Source: an uncultured Methanosarcinales archaeon | Lineage (GTDB): Archaea > Nanobdellota > Nanobdellia > Woesearchaeales > GW2011-AR9 | NCBI GenBank assembly: GCA_964344235.1 | Contig: CAYFMJ010000001.1 | Span: forward strand, 64,001 to 128,000 | DNA: 64,000 bases | Direction: 5' to 3' | Part shown: positions 35,980 through 45,346 of the stretch, piece by piece | Position numbering within the stretch: position 1 is the first letter of the stretch | Layout: the number at the start of each line of letters is the position of its first letter | Position numbers and translations under genes: made by a program | Notes under the pieces: model-generated | What the model saw: the letters and a program-made list of their open reading frames with translations, nothing else | Database searches by the model: none | What the model was told of the DNA's origin: nothing

Positions 35980-36029
35980 CTGGCGTTGATAAGGGGAAGT
36001 TATTTATAGTTTTCGAGAATGGTACGTGT

Positions 36030-36242
36030 ATGCCCCTCTACGCAGAAGGAATTTTATGGTATATTGTTCTGTTAGATTGTATTGTTTACAACATTTTTGC
36101 ATGGACTGGTTGGAGAAACAGAACAACACATTGGATCTCTCAATATTTTCCAATTAACAAATGGGTAGGGATTTGGTATTTGATTATGGTGTTGTGGTTA
36201 GGGTATTCTTTATTACGTATGGATATTATTTTGTTCCAGTGA
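36030..36242 (+). CDS. Small two-TM membrane protein
   Basis: ATG 36030 downstream of TTTATAG; two hydrophobic segments. Confidence 0.55.
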   Translation: MPLYAEGILWYIVLLDCIVYNIFAWTGWRNRTTHWISQYFPINKWVGIWYLIMVLWLGYSLLRMDIILFQ

Positions 36243-36291
36243 TTTTTGTGTTACAATAATTTTTATAAATATTAGATCAGATGTACTAGTT

Positions 36292-37482
36292 ATGGCCAAC
36301 ATTACATTTTCTGAAGGTGCTTGGAACATTCCGAATAATCCGGAGATTGGTTATATTATCGGTGATGGTATTGGCATTGATGTGACACCCGTAGCAATGC
36401 AGGTGTTAAACGCCGCGGTGGAGAAGGTGTATAATGGTGAGAGGAGGATCATGTGGAAAGAGATTATTGTAGGAGAGAAAGCGGCAGAACAAGGAAAGGA
36501 TAATTTAACAGAGGAGGCACTGCGGGAAATTGCGGATGCCAGAGTTGTGTTAAAAGGGCCGTTAACTACACCTGTTGGTTCTGGGTTTCGGTCACTAAAT
36601 GTTGCGATTAGACAAAAGTTGGACCTGTATGCTTGTGTTCGCCCAGTAAGATGGTTTGAAGGCGTCCCTGCGCCAGTGAAGCAGCCGGAGAAATTAGATG
36701 TGGTTGTATTTCGAGAAAATACAGAAGATGTCTATGCGGGTATTGAGTTTCAGGAAGGAAGTGATGAGGCGAGCGATATGATTGGTTTTTTGTGGGAGAA
36801 GGGAAAAGTTGTAAGGGGGGATTCTGGTATTGGGGTAAAGCCAATTAGTATAGCTGGTTCTAAAAGGTTAGTGAGGGCTGCGGTTAATTATGCATTAAAA
36901 CACGGAAGAACCTCAGTTACATTAGTGCACAAAGGGAATATTATGAAATTTACTGAAGGTGCATTTAAATCATGGGGGTATGAGGTAGCAAAGAAAGAGT
37001 TCGCAGATAGTGTTGTGATGGAGGGAGAAGAGGTTGAAGGAAAGATTGTTGTGAAAGATCGAATTGCTGATGCGATGTTTCAACAATTATTACTGCGACC
37101 CGGGGAATATGATGTCATTGCAACAATGAACCTTAATGGAGATTATTTATCTGATGCGTGCGCTGCGCAGGTTGGTGGGCTAGGCTTAGCTCCAGGGGCG
37201 AATATAAATTATGAGCAAGGGATTGCCGTGTTTGAAGCGACGCACGGAACTGCTCCTAAGTATGCAGGACAAGATAAAGTAAACCCAGGATCTGTTATTT
37301 TAAGTGGTGTGATGATGTTAGACCATTTAGGCTGGAAAGAGGCAGCAGCATTGGTTGTTAAAGCAATGACCAAAACAATTCAGCAGAAAAAAGTAACGTA
37401 TGATTTGGAGCGGCAGATGGAAAGTGCAACACTAGTTTCTAGTTCTGAGTTTGGTAAGGCAATTATTGAAAATATGGGTTAA
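36292..37482 (+). CDS. icd: Isocitrate dehydrogenase (NADP, IcdA type)
   Basis: [61 protein letters not shown]. Confidence 0.93.
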   Translation: MANITFSEGAWNIPNNPEIGYIIGDGIGIDVTPVAMQVLNAAVEKVYNGERRIMWKEIIVGEKAAEQGKDNLTEEALREIADARVVLKGPLTTPVGSGFRSLNVAIRQKLDLYACVRPVRWFEGVPAPVKQPEKLDVVVFRENTEDVYAGIEFQEGSDEASDMIGFLWEKGKVVRGDSGIGVKPISIAGSKRLVRAAVNYALKHGRTSVTLVHKGNIMKFTEGAFKSWGYEVAKKEFADSVVMEGEEVEGKIVVKDRIADAMFQQLLLRPGEYDVIATMNLNGDYLSDACAAQVGGLGLAPGANINYEQGIAVFEATHGTAPKYAGQDKVNPGSVILSGVMMLDHLGWKEAAALVVKAMTKTIQQKKVTYDLERQMESATLVSSSEFGKAIIENMG

Positions 37483-37515
37483 AGTTTTTAAAAGAAGCAG
37501 GTATTGGAAGAAGCG

Positions 37516-38019
37516 ATGGATGCAAAAAAGATTGGCATGGTTATTTTGGTGGTAAGTATAGCACTGTTAGTGGTATTTGTTCTGACGTCACAGAACCTGA
37601 GTACAGAAAGTGAACAACTAGGGTGTTTCAGTGATGAAAATTGTCAGCCGGTACAACAGTCTTTATCCTTGGTGAACGTAGGGTTTGGGTTTTTCGGGTT
37701 CATTCTCGCTCTTGGGTTTTACTTAGTATTTTTTTCAAAAGGAAATGAGGCTCTTTTGAATAAGTTAGAGAGTGAGGGCAAACGAATCGATGGAGAGGAA
37801 CGGTTTTCTATTCTGTTAATGGGTTTAGATGATTTTGAAAAGAAAGTGGTGCAGGAAGTGAAGAAGCAGCAAGGCATTACACAAAATACTCTGCGGTTGC
37901 GAACAGATATGTCTAAATCGAAGTTAAGTCAGGTGTTGAGTGGCTTAGAGAAGAAAGGATTGGTTGTTCGGAAACAGCAAGGTAAGACGTTAGCAGTATT
38001 TTCTAAGGTTAATTTGTAA
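37516..38019 (+). CDS. Membrane-anchored winged-helix transcriptional regulator (copy 2)
   Basis: TM-loop(2 Cys)-TM, then ITQNTLRLRTDMSKSKLSQVLSGLEKKGLV.RKQQGKT. Confidence 0.8.
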   Translation: MDAKKIGMVILVVSIALLVVFVLTSQNLSTESEQLGCFSDENCQPVQQSLSLVNVGFGFFGFILALGFYLVFFSKGNEALLNKLESEGKRIDGEERFSILLMGLDDFEKKVVQEVKKQQGITQNTLRLRTDMSKSKLSQVLSGLEKKGLVVRKQQGKTLAVFSKVNL

Positions 38020-38139
38020 TCATGAACGTTTAAACGGCTGAATTTTTTGTTTTAAGAGGTTTTGGTGGTTTGTGTTACGGCCCCAAAACATATATGGTTC
38101 TAGGAATTACTATTGTAAAAAACATTGGAGGTTATGATA

Positions 38140-38943
38140 ATGGATCCAGACCAAACGGGAGAACAGCCGAAGCATGAGCACCGAGAACACCATGGGCATC
38201 ATGAACATAAGGTGTCTCCAGTGAAACAGGAAAGTACGAGTTCTTCAAATTCTGAAGGAAAACATAAATTTTTAGTTGGAGCAGCAGTAGTGCAGGTGAT
38301 TCTTTTGCTATACATTGCTTTCCAAGTTGCAGGCGGCGGAGTTGCTGGCGTTGGTTTAGAAGGCGGAGCAGTTGTTGACCCTGGCTATGGTGAAGCAGAC
38401 GTGCCAAGCGCACCAATTGATATGGAGAGTTTAATGGATGACGATGCAATTAAAGGTGACCCAAATGCACCGGTTACAATCGTAGAGTGGAGTGACTTTG
38501 AATGTCCGTTCTGTGCACGGTTTTACTCTGATACTTTGAGCTTAATTGATGAGAAGTATATTCAAACGGGTAAAGTAAAGTTAGTCTACAGAGATTTCCC
38601 ACTAAGTTTCCATCCAAACGCACAAAAATCTGCGGAAGCAGCAGAATGTGCAGGAGAACAAGGGAAGTACTACGAAATGCATGATTTACTGTTTGAGAGA
38701 GGCGTTGCAGGTGGTGTAACGTCATATAAGCAGTTTGCACAGCAACTTGGTTTGAACACGGCAGAGTTTAACACCTGCCTTGATTCCGGAGCAATGGCGT
38801 CAGAAGTTCAGAAAGACTTCGCTGATGGTCAAAGAGCAGGCGTTCAGGGAACACCAGGGTTTATTGTCAATGGACAATTAATCTCAGGAGCACAGCCATT
38901 CCCGGTGTTTGAGCAAGTGATTGAAGCTGCACTACGTGGTTAA
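38140..38943 (+). CDS. DsbA-family thioredoxin-fold protein with His-rich N-terminus and TM anchor
   Basis: GDPNAPVTIVEWSDFECPFC, YRDFPL..HPNA, GVQGTPGF; GGAGGT SD. Confidence 0.88.
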   Translation: MDPDQTGEQPKHEHREHHGHHEHKVSPVKQESTSSSNSEGKHKFLVGAAVVQVILLLYIAFQVAGGGVAGVGLEGGAVVDPGYGEADVPSAPIDMESLMDDDAIKGDPNAPVTIVEWSDFECPFCARFYSDTLSLIDEKYIQTGKVKLVYRDFPLSFHPNAQKSAEAAECAGEQGKYYEMHDLLFERGVAGGVTSYKQFAQQLGLNTAEFNTCLDSGAMASEVQKDFADGQRAGVQGTPGFIVNGQLISGAQPFPVFEQVIEAALRG

Positions 38944-38990
38944 AATCTTTTTTTTCTTTTTTTAAAATTTTGTTTTAACAGAGGAAGAAT

Positions 38991-39377
38991 ATGGCATTAG
39001 ATAGACAACAAAAGGCATTTTTGAAGAAATCAATTCCCTTTACGGCATTTATTGGGGGGTTGTGTTGTTTTATGCCAGTTGTGTTAGTGTTGTTTGGGTT
39101 AAGTAGTGTAACATTTGCGGCTTCTCTCTCAGACGTGTTGTATTACGATTACCGATGGGTGTTTCGGAGTGTTGCGTTGTTGTTGTTATTGGGAGCGTTG
39201 GGATGGTATTTTTACAAGAAGGAAGGAGTTTGTACGCTTGATGCGATGAAGAGGAAAAGGAGGAAGATTATTAACTTTACACTGCTTGTAATAGGGGTAG
39301 CAGTGATAGCATATATCATTTGGTTATATGTGATCGTTGAGATTATTGGGTTGTTACTAGGGATATGGAATTTGTGA
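38991..39377 (+). CDS. MerT/MerF-like small membrane protein with vicinal Cys pair
   Basis: GGLCCFMPVVLVLFG in TM1; three TM helices. Confidence 0.6.
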   Translation: MALDRQQKAFLKKSIPFTAFIGGLCCFMPVVLVLFGLSSVTFAASLSDVLYYDYRWVFRSVALLLLLGALGWYFYKKEGVCTLDAMKRKRRKIINFTLLVIGVAVIAYIIWLYVIVEIIGLLLGIWNL

Positions 39378-39865
39378 AGAATATTGGGTGCGCACTACGG
39401 GAAGCGTATAGTGAAAAGAAGTATTATGTTATTAGTATTGGAGTGGCCGTCGTTATTTTTTTGTTGAATGTGTTAGTACATAATTACAAATTATTGTTTA
39501 GTGATGGTTCGTTGTTCTTTTCACTCGTTGTAGGGTTTTGGTATACTGTTTCGCCTATTGCGTTTTTCTTTTTGCTATTCTTAGCAGTATTTTCTGGAGT
39601 TGTAGTGTCGATGAGTTTGTACGTGTTACGAAGGCAGTTTAAGATAGGAGTAGCTGCTGGTTCCTCAAGTTTTGTGGCAGGATTAATTGCACCTGCTTGC
39701 CCATCCTGTGCATTAGGTTTACTCAGTGTGGTTGGATTAGGGGGGGTTGTTGGAATATTGCCGTTTAAGGGATTAGAATTAGGTTTTCTAGCAGTGGTGG
39801 TATTAGGGTGGTCGTTTATCTATCTATCAAAGAAAATAGCCACAACAGTGTGTGAGATCAAATAG
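39365..39865 (+). CDS. Membrane protein with CPSC motif
   Basis: APACPSCALG within hydrophobic segments. Confidence 0.75.
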   Translation: MEFVKNIGCALREAYSEKKYYVISIGVAVVIFLLNVLVHNYKLLFSDGSLFFSLVVGFWYTVSPIAFFFLLFLAVFSGVVVSMSLYVLRRQFKIGVAAGSSSFVAGLIAPACPSCALGLLSVVGLGGVVGILPFKGLELGFLAVVVLGWSFIYLSKKIATTVCEIK

Positions 39866-40208
39866 GACAGCCACTCTTCTCAGCGAGAACTTCTGGTGTC
39901 AATGCGCCGTTCATTCTGGAGCCATCGGCAAATTCCCAAGTAGGGTATGATTGAATACCCTCGCTCTGGCAGTATTCTGTTTGTGATTGCCCATCAGGTA
40001 GAGAACATTCGATGTAGTTTACGTTGTCAAAGCTGTCTCCTAGCATTTTCTTCTGAGCATTGCAAGCACCACACCAAAACGCCCCGAACATTTTAACGTC
40101 ATTATCTGTAAGGCATTGTGTTAATGCGTCATATTGTGTGTTTGAACAAGCGCTTAGAACAAATAGCGCTGTTATTGCGAGAATGATAACAACGTTTTTA
40201 GATTTCAT
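39858..40208 (-). CDS. Thioredoxin-fold lipoprotein resembling the Trx domain of cyanobacterial VKOR fusions
   Basis: Lipobox LSAC, GAFWCGAC..QK, YIECS, GIQSYPTW. Confidence 0.75.
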   Translation of the reverse strand: MKSKNVVIILAITALFVLSACSNTQYDALTQCLTDNDVKMFGAFWCGACNAQKKMLGDSFDNVNYIECSLPDGQSQTEYCQSEGIQSYPTWEFADGSRMNGALTPEVLAEKSGCPI

Positions 40209-40264
40209 TTTTGGGAGAAGAGAGTATCCTTATTTAAGATTAATGGAAAAAAGAAAAGAAAAAA

Positions 40265-40792
40265 TTATTCCACGACGATTTTACCTTTCATGCCCATCGT
40301 TGCGTGAGGCTGGCAGACGTAATAGTACGTTCCTGGTTCGTCGAATGAAATTGTTGCTGTCTCACCAAAACCAACTTCAAAACCACCGTTAAGAAGAGCT
40401 TTTTGGTTTTTGTTCCAGTTTTCTTCTGACACCTGTACAACGTTGTGGGTTGATCCTAGATCAAATGTTACAGAATCACCAACAGCAATGGTTACTTCAT
40501 CTGGAGTAAATGTTAAACCTTCAGTTGTGACTTCAACACTAGGGGATTCAGAAGCTGGTTCTTCGAGAGTTTCTTCAGAGTCTTCTGTTTCCTCTAACTC
40601 TTCCGGTTCTTCATCTGTTTCAGTTTCTGGTTCGTCTTCAACAAAGAGTGGTTCTTCCTCTGCATCTTCAGAGCTTTCCTCAACTGCTTCATCAGCTTGT
40701 GGAAGATCTTCTTCAACGGGTGCTTGCTGTGTGCAGCCAATGACAAGAGCGAGTGCAAGAATCGCTAATACTACAATCATTAATTTTTTCAT
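40265..40792 (-). CDS. Blue-copper (plastocyanin/halocyanin-like) lipoprotein
   Basis: Lipobox VIGC, acidic linker, HNV ... YYYVCQPHATMGMKG (His, Cys, His, Met ligands). Confidence 0.88.
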   Translation of the reverse strand: MKKLMIVVLAILALALVIGCTQQAPVEEDLPQADEAVEESSEDAEEEPLFVEDEPETETDEEPEELEETEDSEETLEEPASESPSVEVTTEGLTFTPDEVTIAVGDSVTFDLGSTHNVVQVSEENWNKNQKALLNGGFEVGFGETATISFDEPGTYYYVCQPHATMGMKGKIVVE

Positions 40793-40847
40793 ATATAATC
40801 ACCTATGCTATTTATGGAAGAATGGAGGGTTGGGAGATATTTAAAGA

Positions 40848-41711
40848 TTACTCAACACAAGACGCTAGATTTTGGTTTATTCGTGATTTGTTGAGTTTCT
40901 CTCCAATGAAAACGAGAGTGGATGGTTTATTTTCTGTTTCTTCTAGTTCCCATCTACCGACTACGTAGTTAAGAAGAAAGGATTGGTTGTTTATGGTTAT
41001 ATACCCTTTAACACGGAAAATAGAATTGGGTAGGGAGTTAAGGAACTTGGTAAGTTTCGCTTTGTTGAGAGGTTGTGGTTGAATAAGGTGGGTTTCCATG
41101 TGATGATGGTGTTCTGATTTTGTGATGTGTTGATGAGTCGCTTCAATGCCAAGGAGAATGTTGAGGTCTATCTTGCAGTGATCTGTTTCAATAATTGGTG
41201 CTTTTAGGTTAATGGTTTTGATGATTTTTTTCACTTGCTCTGTTTCTTCTCTTTTAAGTAAATCTATTTTGTTTAGCAGTAGAAGATCTGCGGTTTCAAT
41301 CTGGATCTTGGCAGAACCCTTAACGTCTGGAAAGCGGTTTGTGATATCTGCATCAACAACGGTAATGACGGCGTCAAGCGTGATGTTAGGGATGTCAGAG
41401 ATGTCAACAACTAAATTGTCTGCTTCCGCTATACCTGTTGTTTCGATGATAATTGTGTCAGGGGAGTAGAGTTCAATGATTTCCTGCAGTCCTGCTTCTA
41501 ATTCTCCTTGTAAAGAGCAGCATACACAACCTTCAAGTAGTTCTTTCACTGCAATAGTATCATGTTTAATCACTTCTGTATCGATGCCAACTTCCCCAAA
41601 CTCGTTCATAAGAACAGCGATTTTTTTGTCTGTGTGTTTGAGAATGTGTTTTAGTAGAGTCGTTTTACCAGCACCGAGGTAGCCCGAGAGGAGGATTAAA
41701 GGGGTTTTCAT
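40848..41711 (-). CDS. COG0523/CobW-family GTPase metallochaperone
   Basis: GYLGAGKTT, NEFGE, GCVCC, ETTGIA, NKID, His-rich linker. Confidence 0.9.
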   Translation of the reverse strand: MKTPLILLSGYLGAGKTTLLKHILKHTDKKIAVLMNEFGEVGIDTEVIKHDTIAVKELLEGCVCCSLQGELEAGLQEIIELYSPDTIIIETTGIAEADNLVVDISDIPNITLDAVITVVDADITNRFPDVKGSAKIQIETADLLLLNKIDLLKREETEQVKKIIKTINLKAPIIETDHCKIDLNILLGIEATHQHITKSEHHHHMETHLIQPQPLNKAKLTKFLNSLPNSIFRVKGYITINNQSFLLNYVVGRWELEETENKPSTLVFIGEKLNKSRINQNLASCVE

Positions 41712-42124
41712 TGTTGTTGTAATAGTAGTTCTTTAATTTTTGTACTTTTATGTTTATGTGGTTTGTAGGGTTTTGCTCTCAAAACTTTCGGGTAAAGATG
41801 AAGAGGGAGAAGTTTCTCAGAAAGTTGTTTCTCTGTGATAGGATGATCATATCCTAAGAGAATGATGTCTGGTTTCTTTTCTTCAATTATTTTGAAATGG
41901 TTGTCGTGATGTCCTAACGTGGCTTCATCCACTATTTGCAGGCTTTTGACAAGTTTCAGTCGCTCCTGCTCGTCAAAGATGGTTTCTTTTTGTTGGTCTG
42001 TTTTTGTTTTATCTCTTGCTACTACTACAACAAGTTTGTCAGCGTGTTGTTTCGCTTGCTGGAAGTAGTCGAGGTGTCCGAGGTGGAGTACATCGAATGT
42101 TCCAAAACACATTACGCTAGTCAT
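41708..42124 (-). CDS. ribL: FAD synthetase / cytidylyltransferase family
   Basis: GTFDVLHLGH, VVVVARD, PDIILLGYD. Confidence 0.8.
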   Translation of the reverse strand: MTSVMCFGTFDVLHLGHLDYFQQAKQHADKLVVVVARDKTKTDQQKETIFDEQERLKLVKSLQIVDEATLGHHDNHFKIIEEKKPDIILLGYDHPITEKQLSEKLLPLHLYPKVLRAKPYKPHKHKSTKIKELLLQQQ

Positions 42125-42695
42125 TTTGAGCTATAAACCGCAGTAATAACGCTACTGTACGGTCCTCTTTAATCTGTTTGTTCAAACACATTTGTTCAAC
42201 TTCATCAAACGTTTTCCACGTTGGTTCAATGATCTCGCCATGATCGAGATGTTGGCCTTTTGGATGCTCTTCAAATTCTTCAATACGAAAGCAGAATAAA
42301 TCCCAACGCATCGTTGCACCACAAGTAGATGTGTGGATATGTTTTACTTTCTTTGCAACGATTCCTGCTTCCTCTAAACATTCGGTAATGATTCTCTTTT
42401 CAGCAGCCTGTTCAATGTATTCTTGACCTTTCTCTAATGCTTCCTCATATTCGTCAAGTGTTTCGAATACTTTTCCACCAGGAATGCGATAATCATACCC
42501 CTTCTGGGCTGGCCGGTATTCATGAATCATAAGAATTTTGTTGTCTTTTACGATAAGAGCTCTTGTTCCAGGAGAACGATACGCCCATTCGTATTCTAGT
42601 GTTCGTGTCGGTTCTTTCATTAATTGTCTGCGAACACCTACTATTTTACCAGAATACACTTCTTTAGGTTCTTCTAAAGGAATTGGTTTAGTCAT
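42117..42695 (-). CDS. NUDIX hydrolase (ADP-ribose pyrophosphatase-like)
   Basis: IHEYR, PGGK ... ECLEEAG with an insertion in the Nudix box. Confidence 0.75.
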   Translation of the reverse strand: MTKPIPLEEPKEVYSGKIVGVRRQLMKEPTRTLEYEWAYRSPGTRALIVKDNKILMIHEYRPAQKGYDYRIPGGKVFETLDEYEEALEKGQEYIEQAAEKRIITECLEEAGIVAKKVKHIHTSTCGATMRWDLFCFRIEEFEEHPKGQHLDHGEIIEPTWKTFDEVEQMCLNKQIKEDRTVALLLRFIAQND

Positions 42696-42697
42696 TT

Positions 42698-42946
42698 TTA
42701 TTCTCCTCTTATCCTGTAGGCGTCAACAACTTCGCCGTTACGGAAGACAACGACCCCTCTGTCTGCAACCCCCTCGTATAACAATACTCTATCTTCTTCA
42801 ACAACGTTTAGAAGACCAGGAATATTAACAGTTTTTGTTCTCTTGCCAACTTGTAAATCGATTGTGGTGGAGTAAGGCCAATTTTCACAACCGATAACAG
42901 TTCCATCAATTGTGTGTAATGCTATCCCGTGTCCTGCAAATGTCAT
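42698..42946 (-). CDS. Hypothetical protein
   Basis: Overlaps neighbours in operon-like fashion. Confidence 0.5.
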   Translation of the reverse strand: MTFAGHGIALHTIDGTVIGCENWPYSTTIDLQVGKRTKTVNIPGLLNVVEEDRVLLYEGVADRGVVVFRNGEVVDAYRIRGE

Positions 42947-44997
42947 TTTTCTATTAATTCTGCCTCGCCAATTATTAATTTTCCGGAATGTTTTGAGTCC
43001 ATAACTTTCTGTGTTCTTACAAGTTTAATTTTCTTGTGAAATAATGGGGCGTCTAATACCAGCGACTCAAATTCTCCGCCTTCCCCAGCAATGTTTAGAA
43101 ATTGTTTTGCTTGGAGTTCTTGGAGAATTTCTTCATTAATTTCTTTACCTAACCACGATTCATCCAAACCATCAGCTGCAACTGCTGTAATGATAACGTG
43201 GAAACCGCGTTGTATTACCTCTTTCATATGCTGCTCTTGGGATTTATGCCACAGGGGGGAGAATATTTTTAATCCTAAGTTGTCACAAATCTTCTCTATT
43301 CTATCTCTCTGATATGTTGAGAATAAAGCGCCGGAGACGACACCTTCAATTTTGTGTTGTTCTTTTGCAATTTTTAATGCTGCTTCTAAATCTGCCAATT
43401 CTTTCTCTTTCTCACCTTTCGTAGGTACCTGAACGAGAGGAAGGCCCATTGCCTCTGCTTGGAGTTGAACTAGCTCTGTACCTGCAGATTGAAACATGTA
43501 AGAATATTCATTCTCCGATTTCAGATTGATTAGGCAGGTTAATTCATAATTTTGCTGATGCATAATGTGTGCAGCGGAGAGTGAATCTTTACCTGAGGAG
43601 AAGAGAACACCAAGTTTCACGTTATGGGTAGGATAGAATTGTCGGAGGTATTGTGATTTTGATTGTTTGTGTTGTTTTGCTAATTTGCCAAGTGCATTGT
43701 CTATTCTTGAACCGTATTGCGCTGCGGTTTTTTTACGATATGAGAATTGTTCTAGAATCCCTGAGTTGAGTGCGATGTCTCGTAGAATAATTTTTGTTGC
43801 TCCCCCATTTATTTTGTGTTGTGTTGGAATTTTAAGTGCGTAGTTGATGAGAGAGTGGTCTAAGAATGGTAGACGTAACTCTAGGTTATTATCCATCGTA
43901 AGAACATCGTCCCGGTAAAGGTCGCGTTCGTACATCTTTCGTAAGCCGGAAACACATTCCTGGTTAATGTTAGAGGATTTTTTATGACGCTCATAGCCGG
44001 CAAAGATTTCTTCACTTCCTAAGCCAGAGAAGATTACTTTACAGCCATCTTCTTTCGCTAGTTCACTCGCTAAGTAGAATGTTAACGCTACACCGACTTT
44101 CACAACGTTAGAGTCTTCGATTAAAGGAACTATTTTCTGGAGGTATTGGGGGAGGTCTTCCTGTTTTATGGTTTTGATTTTAAGATCAAGATTAAGTTCT
44201 TTCGCTACGTTTTGCGCTGCTGCTAAATCGGAAGGTGTGGCGGTGTCTGTGTCGAGAACAGCTGTGTAACAGGTGAAGTCATAGCCTTTTGTTTTGAAGT
44301 AATGTGCTAAGAACGTGGAGTCTATCCCGCCGGAGAAGAGAAGGCCGAATTTTTTATTTGGGATGCGTTTCTGAATTGCATTGTGTAGTAATTGTTTTGT
44401 TGTTTGTTTTATGTTTTCATAATTATCTGTGTGTTCTGGTGTGTATTCAAAGAATGGTCTTTTTGTGATTGTCAGCTTTTTGTTTTTGACATCGTATGTG
44501 AGGATGCTGCGAGGGTTTAATTCGACAATATCAATGTAACCGAGTTTCTCTAATGCTTTCTTTTCTGATGCAAAGGCGAAAGAGTCGTTGTTGTATGCGT
44601 ACCATAATGGTTTCACGCCAAGAATATCTCGAGCGAGTGTGATTGAGTTATTATTGTAATAGGCAAACGCAAAGACGCCATCAAGTTCTTCTATTTTTTC
44701 TGTATTAAATTTGTCAAGAAAATGAAGAAGAAGTTCGGCATCGTTTTGTGTGTTTAGGTTGTATTTTGTATTCATTTCTTCCCAGTTATAGATTTCGCAG
44801 TTTGCAGTGAGGGTTCCTCCATTCTGAATTGGTTGAGGGATATGATTAATAACCGCATGCAAGGTATGGCCAAGAACGCCGTTTGGTAATTGAGTGATTT
44901 GAGAACCATCTTTTCCCCGATTTTTGAGGATGTCAAGAGCGGCAGCTACATGTTCCTTTGCTTGTACATGGTTAAAGACGCCAACGATGCCACACAT
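42943..44997 (-). CDS. Asparagine-synthetase-B-like protein fused to diphthine--ammonia ligase (Dph6)
   Basis: MCGIVG Ntn start, RDILGVKPL, LFSGGIDS, SGLGSEEIFAGY, ELRLPFLD; then FSSGKDS, SYMFQ, GALFSTYQRDR, GEGGEFESLVLDAP. Confidence 0.88.
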   Translation of the reverse strand: MCGIVGVFNHVQAKEHVAAALDILKNRGKDGSQITQLPNGVLGHTLHAVINHIPQPIQNGGTLTANCEIYNWEEMNTKYNLNTQNDAELLLHFLDKFNTEKIEELDGVFAFAYYNNNSITLARDILGVKPLWYAYNNDSFAFASEKKALEKLGYIDIVELNPRSILTYDVKNKKLTITKRPFFEYTPEHTDNYENIKQTTKQLLHNAIQKRIPNKKFGLLFSGGIDSTFLAHYFKTKGYDFTCYTAVLDTDTATPSDLAAAQNVAKELNLDLKIKTIKQEDLPQYLQKIVPLIEDSNVVKVGVALTFYLASELAKEDGCKVIFSGLGSEEIFAGYERHKKSSNINQECVSGLRKMYERDLYRDDVLTMDNNLELRLPFLDHSLINYALKIPTQHKINGGATKIILRDIALNSGILEQFSYRKKTAAQYGSRIDNALGKLAKQHKQSKSQYLRQFYPTHNVKLGVLFSSGKDSLSAAHIMHQQNYELTCLINLKSENEYSYMFQSAGTELVQLQAEAMGLPLVQVPTKGEKEKELADLEAALKIAKEQHKIEGVVSGALFSTYQRDRIEKICDNLGLKIFSPLWHKSQEQHMKEVIQRGFHVIITAVAADGLDESWLGKEINEEILQELQAKQFLNIAGEGGEFESLVLDAPLFHKKIKLVRTQKVMDSKHSGKLIIGEAELIEK

Positions 44998-45112
44998 AAG
45001 TGGTTAATTTGGTAGTATTTTTATAAAATTATGGGGTTGTTGCAAAGGAAGAAGCACAATCTATAGGTCCAATGACACATAAGGATATAAGTTAAATTGA
45101 TATCCAGAAAAT

Positions 45113-45343
45113 ATGAGTGAAAGACTTGAAGAAACAGCATTTAGAATGTTTATGGAACAAAGAGGCACTACTTTTTCTGGCGACCTGAAAGATACGACCC
45201 TGTATCAAGGGTTTGTTGCTGGGTTTTATGGGCGAGCAGAAGACAGAAAAAGAGAAGTTCTGAAACAAACTGCTGAAAGTGCAGAGTATGTAATGGCATA
45301 TTTCGTTGGAGAGATAGAAGGTCGAAATCACAGGGGTTGTTAG
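45113..45343 (+). CDS. Small hypothetical protein
   Basis: 76-aa ORF filling the gap between two minus-strand genes. Confidence 0.45.
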   Translation: MSERLEETAFRMFMEQRGTTFSGDLKDTTLYQGFVAGFYGRAEDRKREVLKQTAESAEYVMAYFVGEIEGRNHRGC

Positions 45344-45346
45344 AAC

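Noticed and set aside
45011-45045. Extra copy of the promoter motif upstream of the AsnB-Dph6 gene (GCAACAACCCC before TTATAAAA)
   Set aside because: Only the ACAAC part matches and the ACT half is missing; too weak given the C/A-rich minus strand.
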